DNA of 64,000 nt from Gemmatimonadaceae bacterium (GTDB lineage Bacteria > Gemmatimonadota > Gemmatimonadetes > Gemmatimonadales > Gemmatimonadaceae): positions 128,001 to 192,000 of the forward strand of contig JBHYGA010000006.1 in assembly GCA_051859245.1 (NCBI GenBank), given 5' to 3'. The stretch's first letter is position 1; every line of letters starts with the position of its first letter. The position numbers and the translations under genes are program-made. Positions 28,764-37,043 of this stretch are shown one piece after another. The notes under the pieces were generated by a model. The model worked only from the letters and a program-made list of their open reading frames with translations, did not search any database and had not been told where the DNA came from.

Positions 28764-31553
28764 ATGCGTGCACAACCCACTACTACCGCGTTCAACGACG
28801 GCGTGATCGCCGAGCAGTTCGAACGCTACCGTCAGGATCCCTCCAGCGTCGACGAAAGCTGGCGCCAGTATTTCCGTACCGCCGAATCGCTGTTCGGCAG
28901 CGGAGCACCTCCGGCAGCGAGCGCCGCGCCTGGCACGGCGGACGTTGCGTATCTGCGCAAGGTTGCGGCCGCCTCATCGCTGGTGCAGGCAATTCGCAAC
29001 TACGGTCACCTTGCCGTGCAGGTCGACCCACTCGGATCACCGCCCAGTGGCGCGATCGAGTTGACGCCGGAATTCCATGGCATCACGGAAGCCGATCTCT
29101 CGCTGATTCCCGGCACGGCGATTGATGACGAGCGTTTTGAAAACGTGACCGCGGCGGAAGTGGTCGCGCGCAAGCGTGAGGTGTACACGCGCTCGCTCGG
29201 TCTCGAAGTGTGGCACATTGAAAACGATGACGAACGCAACTGGTTCCGTGCGCAGTTTCGTTCGGGACACATTGTACGGCCGCTCAGCGTGGAAGAAAAG
29301 AAAGCGGTGCATCGCCGGCTGTGCGAAGTAGACGGACTTGAGCGCTTTCTCGGACGCGCGTACACCGGCTACAAGCGCTTTTCCATCGAAGGCACAGACG
29401 CGTTGGTGCCGATTCTCGACGAAATCATTGCGGAATCCGTGCAGGCTGGCGCGCGCGAAGTCGTGATTGGCATGGCGCACCGTGGGCGCTTGAATGTGCT
29501 CACCAACGTGATGGGCAAGCCGTACGAAGCGCTGTTCGCGGAGTTTGAAGGCCGTCATAAAACCGGCGGTGAAGCGGGTACCGGTGACGTGAAGTATCAC
29601 CTCGGATTTGAAGGCCAGAAGCGTTTGCTCGGCCGCGATGTGATGCTGCGTCTGGTGCCGAACCCGTCACACCTTGAAGTGGTGAACCCGGTACTCGAAG
29701 GCGTGGCACGTGCTCATCAGCGCGTGCGCGGCGAAGCGCCTGGTACGCGCGATGAACTCTCCGTGGTGCCGGTGTGCATTCACGGTGACGCGGCGTTTCC
29801 CGGTGAAGGTGTGGTCGCGGAAACGTTCAATATTTCCGCGCTTAACGCGTATCGCACCGGTGGCACGATTCACGTGATCGTGAACAACCAGGTGGGCTTC
29901 ACCACCGATCCGAGCGACGCACGCAGCACGTACTACTCGTCCGATCTCGCGAAGGGTTTTGAAGTTCCGATTTTCCACGTGAATGGCGACGACGCCGAAG
30001 CATGCATTAAAGCCGTGCGTTTGGCGTGCGCGTATCGCACGCGTTTCCGCAAAGATGTGTTGATTGACCTGGTGGGTTACCGTCGCCACGGTCACAACGA
30101 AGGTGACGAACCCACGTACACGCAGCCGGCGTTGTATCAGCGCATCAAGGCGCACCCCACCGTGCCGCAGGCGTGGGCGCAGCGTCTGGCTGCCGAAGGG
30201 GTGTTGAGCGCAGATGAAGCTGCGGCTGTTGAGAATCAGGTGATGAGCGCGTACGCCGAGCGTCACACGGCGTTCAAGGCGTCACTTGCCGGTTCCGAGT
30301 CGCACGCGCCGTGGCCGGAAGAGCCGGCAGAGACGCCTCGGCCAGTCGTTACTGAAGTGCAAGCCGAGCGATTGATTGCGATTAACGAAGCGTTGCTACG
30401 TTGGCCCGCTGATTTCACCGCGCATCCACGCCTCGCCAAACAGTTGGAGCGTCGGCGTGAAGCGATGGGCCCCGATGGTGGCATTGATTGGGGACATGCC
30501 GAAGCGCTGGCGTTTGGTTCGCTCATTAGCGAAGGCGTATCGATTCGTCTGACGGGGCAGGACGCGGAGCGTGGCACCTTCTCACATCGTCACAGCGTGC
30601 TCAATGATGTCGAGACGGGGCGCAAGTACGCGCCGCTTGCGCATCTGCCGGGCGCGGCCGCGGCGTTCGAAGTGTACAACTCGGCGCTCAGTGAAATGGC
30701 CATTCTCGGATTCGAGTATGGTTACAGCACCGCTGCGCCTGACACCCTGGTGCTGTGGGAAGCGCAGTTCGGTGATTTTGTGAACGTGGCGCAGCCCATC
30801 ATTGATCAGTTCATCATTGCTGACCGTGCCAAGTGGGGACAGGATTCCGGTGTCGTGCTGTTGCTGCCGCACGGTTACGAAGGACAGGGGCCCGAGCATT
30901 CGAGTGCACGACTGGAGCGTTTTCTGCAATCGGCTGCTGAAGGCAACATGAGCATCGCGTATCTCACCACGCCGGCGCAGTATTTTCACATGCTCCGTCG
31001 TCAGGCGTTGCGTAAACCGCGTCGTCCGCTAGTGCTGATGCAGCCGAAGTCCATGCTGCGATTGCCGCAGGCGGCGTCAAAACTGGTGGAGTTGTCAAAC
31101 GCGGGCTTCATGCCCGTGATCGACGATCCGATCGCGTCGCAGCGTCGTGATGAAGTGCGTCGCATTGTGTTCTGCAGCGGCAAGATCTACTACGACATGG
31201 CGCTGAGTGAAAAGCGTCATGCTGGTGTGGCCATTGTTCGCGTGGAAGAGCTCTACCCGTGGCCGCACGCCGAGATTCAGCGCGTGATGGATTTGTATCC
31301 CGCGATTGAAGAAGTGGTGTGGGCGCAGGAAGAACCCAAAAACATGGGTGCGTGGACGTTTGTGCAGCCGCGCCTTCGCGTGTCGGCCGGCGCAACCGTT
31401 GGCGTGCGATACATTGGCCGACCGGAACGCGCGAGTCCCGCTGAAGGCTATACCGATGCACATAATGTGGAGCAGGCGCGCATTGTACATGCCGCGCTCA
31501 ATGTGAGTGAAGTGGCAGCGGAGCCGCGCGCTCAGGCACATACCGGACAGTGA
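28764..31553 (+). CDS. sucA: 2-oxoglutarate dehydrogenase E1 component
   Basis: DPSSVDESW, KRFSIEG, GMAHRGRLN, GDVKYHLG, NPSHLE, HGDAAF.GEG, LPHGYEGQGPEHSSARLER. Confidence 0.97.
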   Translation: MRAQPTTTAFNDGVIAEQFERYRQDPSSVDESWRQYFRTAESLFGSGAPPAASAAPGTADVAYLRKVAAASSLVQAIRNYGHLAVQVDPLGSPPSGAIELTPEFHGITEADLSLIPGTAIDDERFENVTAAEVVARKREVYTRSLGLEVWHIENDDERNWFRAQFRSGHIVRPLSVEEKKAVHRRLCEVDGLERFLGRAYTGYKRFSIEGTDALVPILDEIIAESVQAGAREVVIGMAHRGRLNVLTNVMGKPYEALFAEFEGRHKTGGEAGTGDVKYHLGFEGQKRLLGRDVMLRLVPNPSHLEVVNPVLEGVARAHQRVRGEAPGTRDELSVVPVCIHGDAAFPGEGVVAETFNISALNAYRTGGTIHVIVNNQVGFTTDPSDARSTYYSSDLAKGFEVPIFHVNGDDAEACIKAVRLACAYRTRFRKDVLIDLVGYRRHGHNEGDEPTYTQPALYQRIKAHPTVPQAWAQRLAAEGVLSADEAAAVENQVMSAYAERHTAFKASLAGSESHAPWPEEPAETPRPVVTEVQAERLIAINEALLRWPADFTAHPRLAKQLERRREAMGPDGGIDWGHAEALAFGSLISEGVSIRLTGQDAERGTFSHRHSVLNDVETGRKYAPLAHLPGAAAAFEVYNSALSEMAILGFEYGYSTAAPDTLVLWEAQFGDFVNVAQPIIDQFIIADRAKWGQDSGVVLLLPHGYEGQGPEHSSARLERFLQSAAEGNMSIAYLTTPAQYFHMLRRQALRKPRRPLVLMQPKSMLRLPQAASKLVELSNAGFMPVIDDPIASQRRDEVRRIVFCSGKIYYDMALSEKRHAGVAIVRVEELYPWPHAEIQRVMDLYPAIEEVVWAQEEPKNMGAWTFVQPRLRVSAGATVGVRYIGRPERASPAEGYTDAHNVEQARIVHAALNVSEVAAEPRAQAHTGQ

Positions 31554-34324
31554 TGATGCGCTCCATGCAGCATGCAGTACGAAGCGCCGCGGCTCTTGCC
31601 GCGGCGCTTGTCGTGTACGGCTCAACCGTGCACGCACAAGGACCACGCCGGCCCGCACCATCGCGCGGTGTGTTCACGGCGCCCTCGCCAGGTGAACCTG
31701 GGCAGGTCGTGGTGCAACCACGTGAGCTCGGTGCCGCCGCACTCGGATCGGCGCTGCAATCGTTGGGAACCACGGCGCGCGTCCTCATGATTGCCGCGCA
31801 TCCGGACGACGAAGACACGCCGATTATTTCGTGGCTCGCGCGTGGACGGCAGGTGGAAACGGCGTATCTCTCGCTGACGCGAGGCGACGGTGGGCAAAAT
31901 CTGATCGGCAACGAGCTCGGTGATCAGCTTGGTGTGATTCGCACCGAGGAGTTGCTGGCCGCCCGGCGACTGGATGGTGGTCGACAATATTTCACGCGCG
32001 CGTTCGATTTCGGATTTTCAAAGAATGAAGTCGAAACGTTCGAGGCGTGGCCGCGCGACAGCATTCTGGGTGATGTGGTCCGCGTGGTGCGCGCGTTTCG
32101 TCCGCATGTGATCATCTCGGTGTTCAGTGGCACACCGCGTGACGGACACGGTCATCATCGGGTGGCCGGATTGCTGGCGCGCGAGGTGTATGATCAAGCG
32201 GCTGACACGGTCGCCTTTCCCGTGCTCTCGCATGGACTCCCGTGGACCGTGCAGAAGTTCTATCGCAGCTCGCGATTCGCACCAGATGAAATGACACTGC
32301 GTGTGAACGTGGGCGAGTACTCTCCGCTATTCGGACGCAGCTACTCCGAGATTGCCTCGGAAAGTCGCAGTCAGCACAAGTCACAGGGGTTTGGTTCGTT
32401 GCAGCGTCGCGGTGCGCAGTGGGGCTACCTGAAGCGTGAAGCGTCGCGTGCTCCGGCGCCCGAGGATGCGCGACTCGAGGGTTCGATTTTTGACGGGATC
32501 GACACCACGTGGTCTGCACTAACGCGACGCGTGACCGATGCACGCGTGCAGGCGCAGCTTGACAGTGCCGATGCGGCGTTTGTGGAGTCGCGTAATCGCT
32601 ATCGCGCTGACGGGCCGGACGCCGTGGTCGCGTCGCTCGCGCGCGGCGTTCAGCACCTGCGCAGTGCACGTGATTTGATCGGTGCGCGACCACCGCTACG
32701 GCACGCGGCGATGCCGGGATTCAGCGGCAGTCTCATTGATGCAGCCGGGCTCAACATCAGCAATGTGAGCGCGCTCTCGTCGTACGCGGATCCGGCGCTG
32801 TGGGATGCGGTCACGCTCACCGAACAGCGCGCTTCGCTGGCGCTGACGCTCGCCGCTGGTGTTGCCGTGGAGGCCACCGCATCGCGCCGACTGCTGCCCA
32901 TGTTCGAGCTGCGCAAAGGGTCAGCGCCCGACACCATGGATGTGGCTATTACCGTGTACAACCGCGGGCGCCAATCGTTGGTGCTGGGTGGCACGAGCAT
33001 CAACAGTTCCAACACGCTCGGCGCTCCACAGTTGATTGCGCCGGATAGTGCCATCACCACGCGTCAGTCTGCTCGCGTGAACCTGATTACCACCCCGTGG
33101 TGGCGCACGAATGGCCGCGAAAGCGCGTACTTTCGCGCGTCGATCGATGCACGTGATGACGCCGAACGTCAGCGACAAAGCGAATTGGCCGCCGTTGCGC
33201 GGGTGATGATTGCGGGCGTGCCAGTCGATGTGCGCGTCCCGGTCGTGAATCGTTTTGCGGATCCGGTGAAGGGTGATCAGCAGATTCCGGTTGCCGTTGT
33301 TCCCGGCATCACGATTGGTCTTGATCGTGGTGTGGAGTACGCGCGCGCCGGTGTGCCGATCGTGCGTCGACTGCGCGTGAACCTGTTGTCGGCGTACCCG
33401 TCGCCGCAGACCGTATCGGTACAACTCAAGTTGCCGCCCGGCATGGAAGCGGATTCGATCGCTCGCGAGCGCACGTTGCTCCCGGATGTGGGACTGTCGA
33501 TCACGTTCAACCTGCGCGGCACACTGCCTGAAGGCATGCATGAGCTGCAAGCGGTGGCCGTCCATATGGGACAGCCAGCGATGGCCGGATATTACACCAT
33601 TGCGTACGACCACATCACGCCGCAGCGCAACTACACGGCGTCCACCATGTACTTGTCGGCGGTACCGGTTGAACTGCGCGCGGGAACGCGTGTGGGCTAC
33701 ATCGCCGGCGTGAGTGACGATGGCATCAGTGCACTGCGGGCGCTCGACATTCCGACGGAGGAGCTTGAGCCGGAGCGCATTGCCAGTACCGACCTGTCTC
33801 GGTATAGCGCGATCGTGATTGGTCCGCGTGCGTATCAGGTGAGTGACGCGCTGCGTACCGCGAATCCGCGATTGTTCGCCTGGGCGGAGTCTGGCGGCAC
33901 ACTCGTTGTGCAGTACGGTCAGAACGAAATGCAGGAGCCTGGTGTGATGCCGTACCCCGTGCAGCTGGCGCGGCCGGCCGCACGGGTTACGAACGAGAAG
34001 GCGGCCGTTCGCGTGCTCGATGCCAGCGCGTCGTTGCTCCGCATTCCAAATCGCATTGGCGAATCCGATTGGTCGGCGTGGGTGCAGGAGCGCGCGGTGT
34101 ACATGCCCAGCAGCTTCGATCCTCGGTATCGCACCTACCTGGGGATGAACGATCCCGACGAAGCAGAAAACCGTGCAGCGATTCTCAGCACGCCACTCGG
34201 CCGTGGGCTGTATGTGTACACATCGCTGGCGCTGTTCCGGCAGTTGCCGTACGGCGTACCTGGTGGCGCGCGGTTGCTGGTGAACCTTGTGAGCGCCAAA
34301 GGAAGCGATCTGATCGTGCCGTAA
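31550..34324 (+). CDS. Secreted PIG-L/LmbE-family deacetylase with C-terminal Ig-like and GATase-like domains
   Basis: Signal peptide (..TVHAQ), AHPDDED, LTRGDGGQN, RTEELLAAR, DFGFSK, HGHH, RSQHKSQG. Confidence 0.88.
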   Translation: MMMRSMQHAVRSAAALAAALVVYGSTVHAQGPRRPAPSRGVFTAPSPGEPGQVVVQPRELGAAALGSALQSLGTTARVLMIAAHPDDEDTPIISWLARGRQVETAYLSLTRGDGGQNLIGNELGDQLGVIRTEELLAARRLDGGRQYFTRAFDFGFSKNEVETFEAWPRDSILGDVVRVVRAFRPHVIISVFSGTPRDGHGHHRVAGLLAREVYDQAADTVAFPVLSHGLPWTVQKFYRSSRFAPDEMTLRVNVGEYSPLFGRSYSEIASESRSQHKSQGFGSLQRRGAQWGYLKREASRAPAPEDARLEGSIFDGIDTTWSALTRRVTDARVQAQLDSADAAFVESRNRYRADGPDAVVASLARGVQHLRSARDLIGARPPLRHAAMPGFSGSLIDAAGLNISNVSALSSYADPALWDAVTLTEQRASLALTLAAGVAVEATASRRLLPMFELRKGSAPDTMDVAITVYNRGRQSLVLGGTSINSSNTLGAPQLIAPDSAITTRQSARVNLITTPWWRTNGRESAYFRASIDARDDAERQRQSELAAVARVMIAGVPVDVRVPVVNRFADPVKGDQQIPVAVVPGITIGLDRGVEYARAGVPIVRRLRVNLLSAYPSPQTVSVQLKLPPGMEADSIARERTLLPDVGLSITFNLRGTLPEGMHELQAVAVHMGQPAMAGYYTIAYDHITPQRNYTASTMYLSAVPVELRAGTRVGYIAGVSDDGISALRALDIPTEELEPERIASTDLSRYSAIVIGPRAYQVSDALRTANPRLFAWAESGGTLVVQYGQNEMQEPGVMPYPVQLARPAARVTNEKAAVRVLDASASLLRIPNRIGESDWSAWVQERAVYMPSSFDPRYRTYLGMNDPDEAENRAAILSTPLGRGLYVYTSLALFRQLPYGVPGGARLLVNLVSAKGSDLIVP

Positions 34325-34358
34325 AGGTCGGGCTCGCCAGGTCGCTATGACCGAATAG

Positions 34359-34379
34359 TGTCGTAGCGTTGCTACGACA
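34359..34379. promoter_or_regulatory. Palindrome, candidate enhancer-binding-protein site
   Basis: TGTCGTAGC-gtt-GCTACGACA perfect inverted repeat about 140 bp upstream of a sigma54 site; half-site GCTACGA recurs at 34393. Confidence 0.55.
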
Positions 34380-34453
34380 GTGTAATCTTAGCGCTACGAT
34401 AAACAGCGAGAGCGACCAGGCCGTTGGCCAGATGGTACGCCAGTCTGTCCGCT

Positions 34454-34470
34454 CGTTACAGACTGTAACG
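34454..34470. promoter_or_regulatory. Second palindrome upstream of the PEP-CTERM gene
   Basis: CGTTACAG-A-CTGTAACG perfect inverted repeat. Confidence 0.45.
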
Positions 34471-34518
34471 ACGGCCAAATTCTAGAATGCTGAACGTGAG
34501 CGCCAGAAATGTGATCTA

Positions 34519-34534
34519 TGGCACACTTCTGGCA
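34519..34534 (+). promoter_or_regulatory. Sigma54 (-24/-12) promoter
   Basis: TGGCAC-ACTTC-TGGCA: GG-N10-GC spacing, 1 mismatch to TGGCAC-N5-TTGCA; 73 bp before the ATG. Confidence 0.75.
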
Positions 34535-34607
34535 AAGGGGATGCGTGCGTGCGCGTGTGTCGCGCCGCTTTGACGCATTGCGCGTCGTCACCCCACGTCA
34601 CTTTCAC

Positions 34608-35390
34608 ATGCGCTCGATTTCCCATCTCCTGGTCGGCCTGTCCACCTCATTGCTGGCGGCGGGTTCACTCCAGGCGCAGGTCACCTTCGCGGGCACCACG
34701 ACGGGTTGCTTCTACCAGACTGGCGATGGACCGTGCGCCGCTGGCTCCAACTCCGCGACCGTCGGTCCCCTCACGTTCACTGGCACCAGCTTCAACGTGA
34801 ATGGTGGCCCGGGTGGCGTGATCGATCTTTCGAACATTGGCACCTTCTTTCTGGCGGATTCACCGAACTGGGTGTTCGACCGCATTCTGTTCAATGATCT
34901 CGACTGGAATTTCCGCCTCTTTGTCGCGTTTTCGTCGCCCGTGACCACACCCGCTGGCGCGTCATTTACCGCCGACTTCGACGGCAGCTTCTACATCAAC
35001 TCGTCGTCCGATGAGTTGGATATCGATTTCTCATCGTCCAGCAAGTCGTTCGATTACGATGGCGGCTCGTTCTCGCTCAAGATCGACGATGTTGACGATC
35101 TCAAGCGCTACAAGGCGGCGGAGTACTACTCCAACGGAAGGCTGAAGCGTGCCGGGCAGTCTGGGCTCGAAGAACTCACCGGCGAAATCACATGCAAGGG
35201 AAAGGTCTACAGCAGCACCGCGAAGAAGGGAAAGAAGGGCGGCCATGGCAGCAGCTGGACCTACGTTGACACGTGCGGTCCTGAGAACACACCGGAGCCG
35301 TCACAGGTCCCGGAGCCGTCGAGCCTAGTGCTGTTGGCCAGTGGCATGGCCGCTTTTGCGGTGGTCGCACGCCGTCGTCGGAACGCGTAG
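34608..35390 (+). CDS. PEP-CTERM surface protein
   Basis: Signal peptide (..SLQAQ), beta-rich body, C-terminal VPEPSSLVLLASGMAAFAVVARRRRNA. Confidence 0.92.
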   Translation: MRSISHLLVGLSTSLLAAGSLQAQVTFAGTTTGCFYQTGDGPCAAGSNSATVGPLTFTGTSFNVNGGPGGVIDLSNIGTFFLADSPNWVFDRILFNDLDWNFRLFVAFSSPVTTPAGASFTADFDGSFYINSSSDELDIDFSSSSKSFDYDGGSFSLKIDDVDDLKRYKAAEYYSNGRLKRAGQSGLEELTGEITCKGKVYSSTAKKGKKGGHGSSWTYVDTCGPENTPEPSQVPEPSSLVLLASGMAAFAVVARRRRNA

Positions 35391-35440
35391 TACGGATCGC
35401 GTTCGGCGATAGGCGAGAACGCGCGACTCCGTATTGATGT

Positions 35441-35477
35441 ACAAAAGGCCCCCGACAATCTGTCGGGGGCCTTTTGT
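35441..35477. terminator. Bidirectional intrinsic terminator
   Basis: Perfect 17-bp IR ACAAAAGGCCCCCGACA-atc-TGTCGGGGGCCTTTTGT between convergent genes, with T-tracts on both strands. Confidence 0.9.
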
Positions 35478-35500
35478 TAAACATGGAGGGGCCGTTCTGA

Positions 35501-36850
35501 TTAAATCCCCACTTCGCTATTCAATCGGAACACAAAGTTGCTGGCGCGCAGCCCGGAAAACGGATCACGTGTGGCGTTATGCGTGATCTCACCCTGCAAT
35601 CGCACCCGGTGACGATTGAAATACCGTGTGATACCGAGCGTGCGGTGCTCCTGCACCACCGCGCCGATCTCTCCGAGAATCGCGCGGTCTGGTGACGTTT
35701 GCGCGTACCTGACGGCGGGCTCCCAGTTATGCAGAAAGTAGCTGGCCTGAAAGAGGCGTCCGGTGCCGGTGTAGACGTAGCGATTGGGAGCACCGTCCTT
35801 CGTCGTGACAGGCGCATCGGCCGAGCGAGCAGCGAACTCAGAGTACGCGGCGAATCCACGATATTTGAAGAGCCCATCGATGTACACCGTCTCGAAACTC
35901 ACGGGCGACCACAGCGCACTACCCAGCTGACCGCCAGTGCGTGACGAACGTGAGTTGGTGCCGTAGCTGGCGCCGAAGGAGATTTTGGGCGAACGCTCAC
36001 GCAGAACATCACCTTCGAAGTAGTCACCACCTTCGGTGAAGGCGCCAAGCGGCAGCAACTCGACGCGCGCCGTGTTGGCTATGCCTGCCTTTTGTGTGGG
36101 CTGATTGCGTCCCTCGCCCAGCGAGATCGCGTACTGGAGGTTCATTCGCGCGCGTCCGATCTGATGATCAAAGCGCGTAAAGATTCCCTGATCGCGATCA
36201 TACGTAAATCGATTGTTGACAATCGAACGTTCGGCAAACTGCAAATCGCCCGACGACACCACACGCTGACGATTGCCTGGCAGTTTGGTTTGTCCGAAGC
36301 CAATCTGAAACGATGGATTGAAACGCCAGTACGCCACGGCATCGCGCACCACGTTCGGCGCCTGCGTGTCGTCGAAGTCCTGGTCTCGGCGTGTAAAGGA
36401 CAGTTGCAGCTTGATCGACAACCGAGGGTCCAGCACGCTTCCATCCAGACGCAACCGCACGCGGCGCGGCGCCATGCTCATGTCCCTGGCCGCGAAGTCA
36501 TCTGTTGATACGGTTGTGATTTCGGCCGAGTTCTGAATGCGTGCACGCAACGTGAGCTTTGTGCTGGCATCAGGTGACGAAAACGTGATACCACGAGAAC
36601 CGACCGTAATCACGGATGCAATCGCGGCCGACGTGGCTGCAGCCTGCGCCGCGATCGTGGCCGAATCTGTACGAGACGCCGCGCCATCAACGCGCCGAAG
36701 TTCCCGTAGCGAATCCGCCCGCGTTGCGCCGCGTGCCGCAATCTCAGAGGAACGTGGACGATCCTGCAACGCGTACAACGCTTGTGTGGGCCCTGCTATG
36801 CACAGTACGGCGCACACGATGACGTATGCGCGAATAACGGTCGACGGCAT
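35501..36850 (-). CDS. Phosphate-selective porin (OprO/OprP-like)
   Basis: Signal peptide, RRVRLRLDG, GQTKLPGNRQRVVSSG.LQFAERS, YFEGD, amphipathic beta strands. Confidence 0.78.
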   Translation of the reverse strand: MPSTVIRAYVIVCAVLCIAGPTQALYALQDRPRSSEIAARGATRADSLRELRRVDGAASRTDSATIAAQAAATSAAIASVITVGSRGITFSSPDASTKLTLRARIQNSAEITTVSTDDFAARDMSMAPRRVRLRLDGSVLDPRLSIKLQLSFTRRDQDFDDTQAPNVVRDAVAYWRFNPSFQIGFGQTKLPGNRQRVVSSGDLQFAERSIVNNRFTYDRDQGIFTRFDHQIGRARMNLQYAISLGEGRNQPTQKAGIANTARVELLPLGAFTEGGDYFEGDVLRERSPKISFGASYGTNSRSSRTGGQLGSALWSPVSFETVYIDGLFKYRGFAAYSEFAARSADAPVTTKDGAPNRYVYTGTGRLFQASYFLHNWEPAVRYAQTSPDRAILGEIGAVVQEHRTLGITRYFNRHRVRLQGEITHNATRDPFSGLRASNFVFRLNSEVGI

Positions 36851-36917
36851 GAAAGTGAACTGGAAATCGGTGATGACAACGCGAGGGAGCCTTCCCGAGT
36901 GTCGGCACGTCCTGCGA

Positions 36918-36939
36918 TTTCATGACTCACCTGTGACGT
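36918..36939 (-). promoter_or_regulatory. Pho-box-like direct repeat
   Basis: Minus strand acGTCACaggt-gaGTCATgaaa: GTCAY units 11 bp apart, 67 bp upstream of the porin. Confidence 0.55.
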
Positions 36940-36958
36940 TGGCGATACGCAGCTGAAC

Positions 36959-36986
36959 TCAAGAGTCGTGAAGCACGATCCGATAC
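36959..36986 (+). promoter_or_regulatory. Putative sigma28 promoter of the MCP
   Basis: TCAAG...TCCGATAC (TCAA-N16); same -10 element as upstream of cheA. Confidence 0.7.
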
Positions 36987-37043
36987 TGGAGCCTGTTCAC
37001 TGATCCACTGCAAATCACGCAATTTCTGATTACTCCCCGTTCG

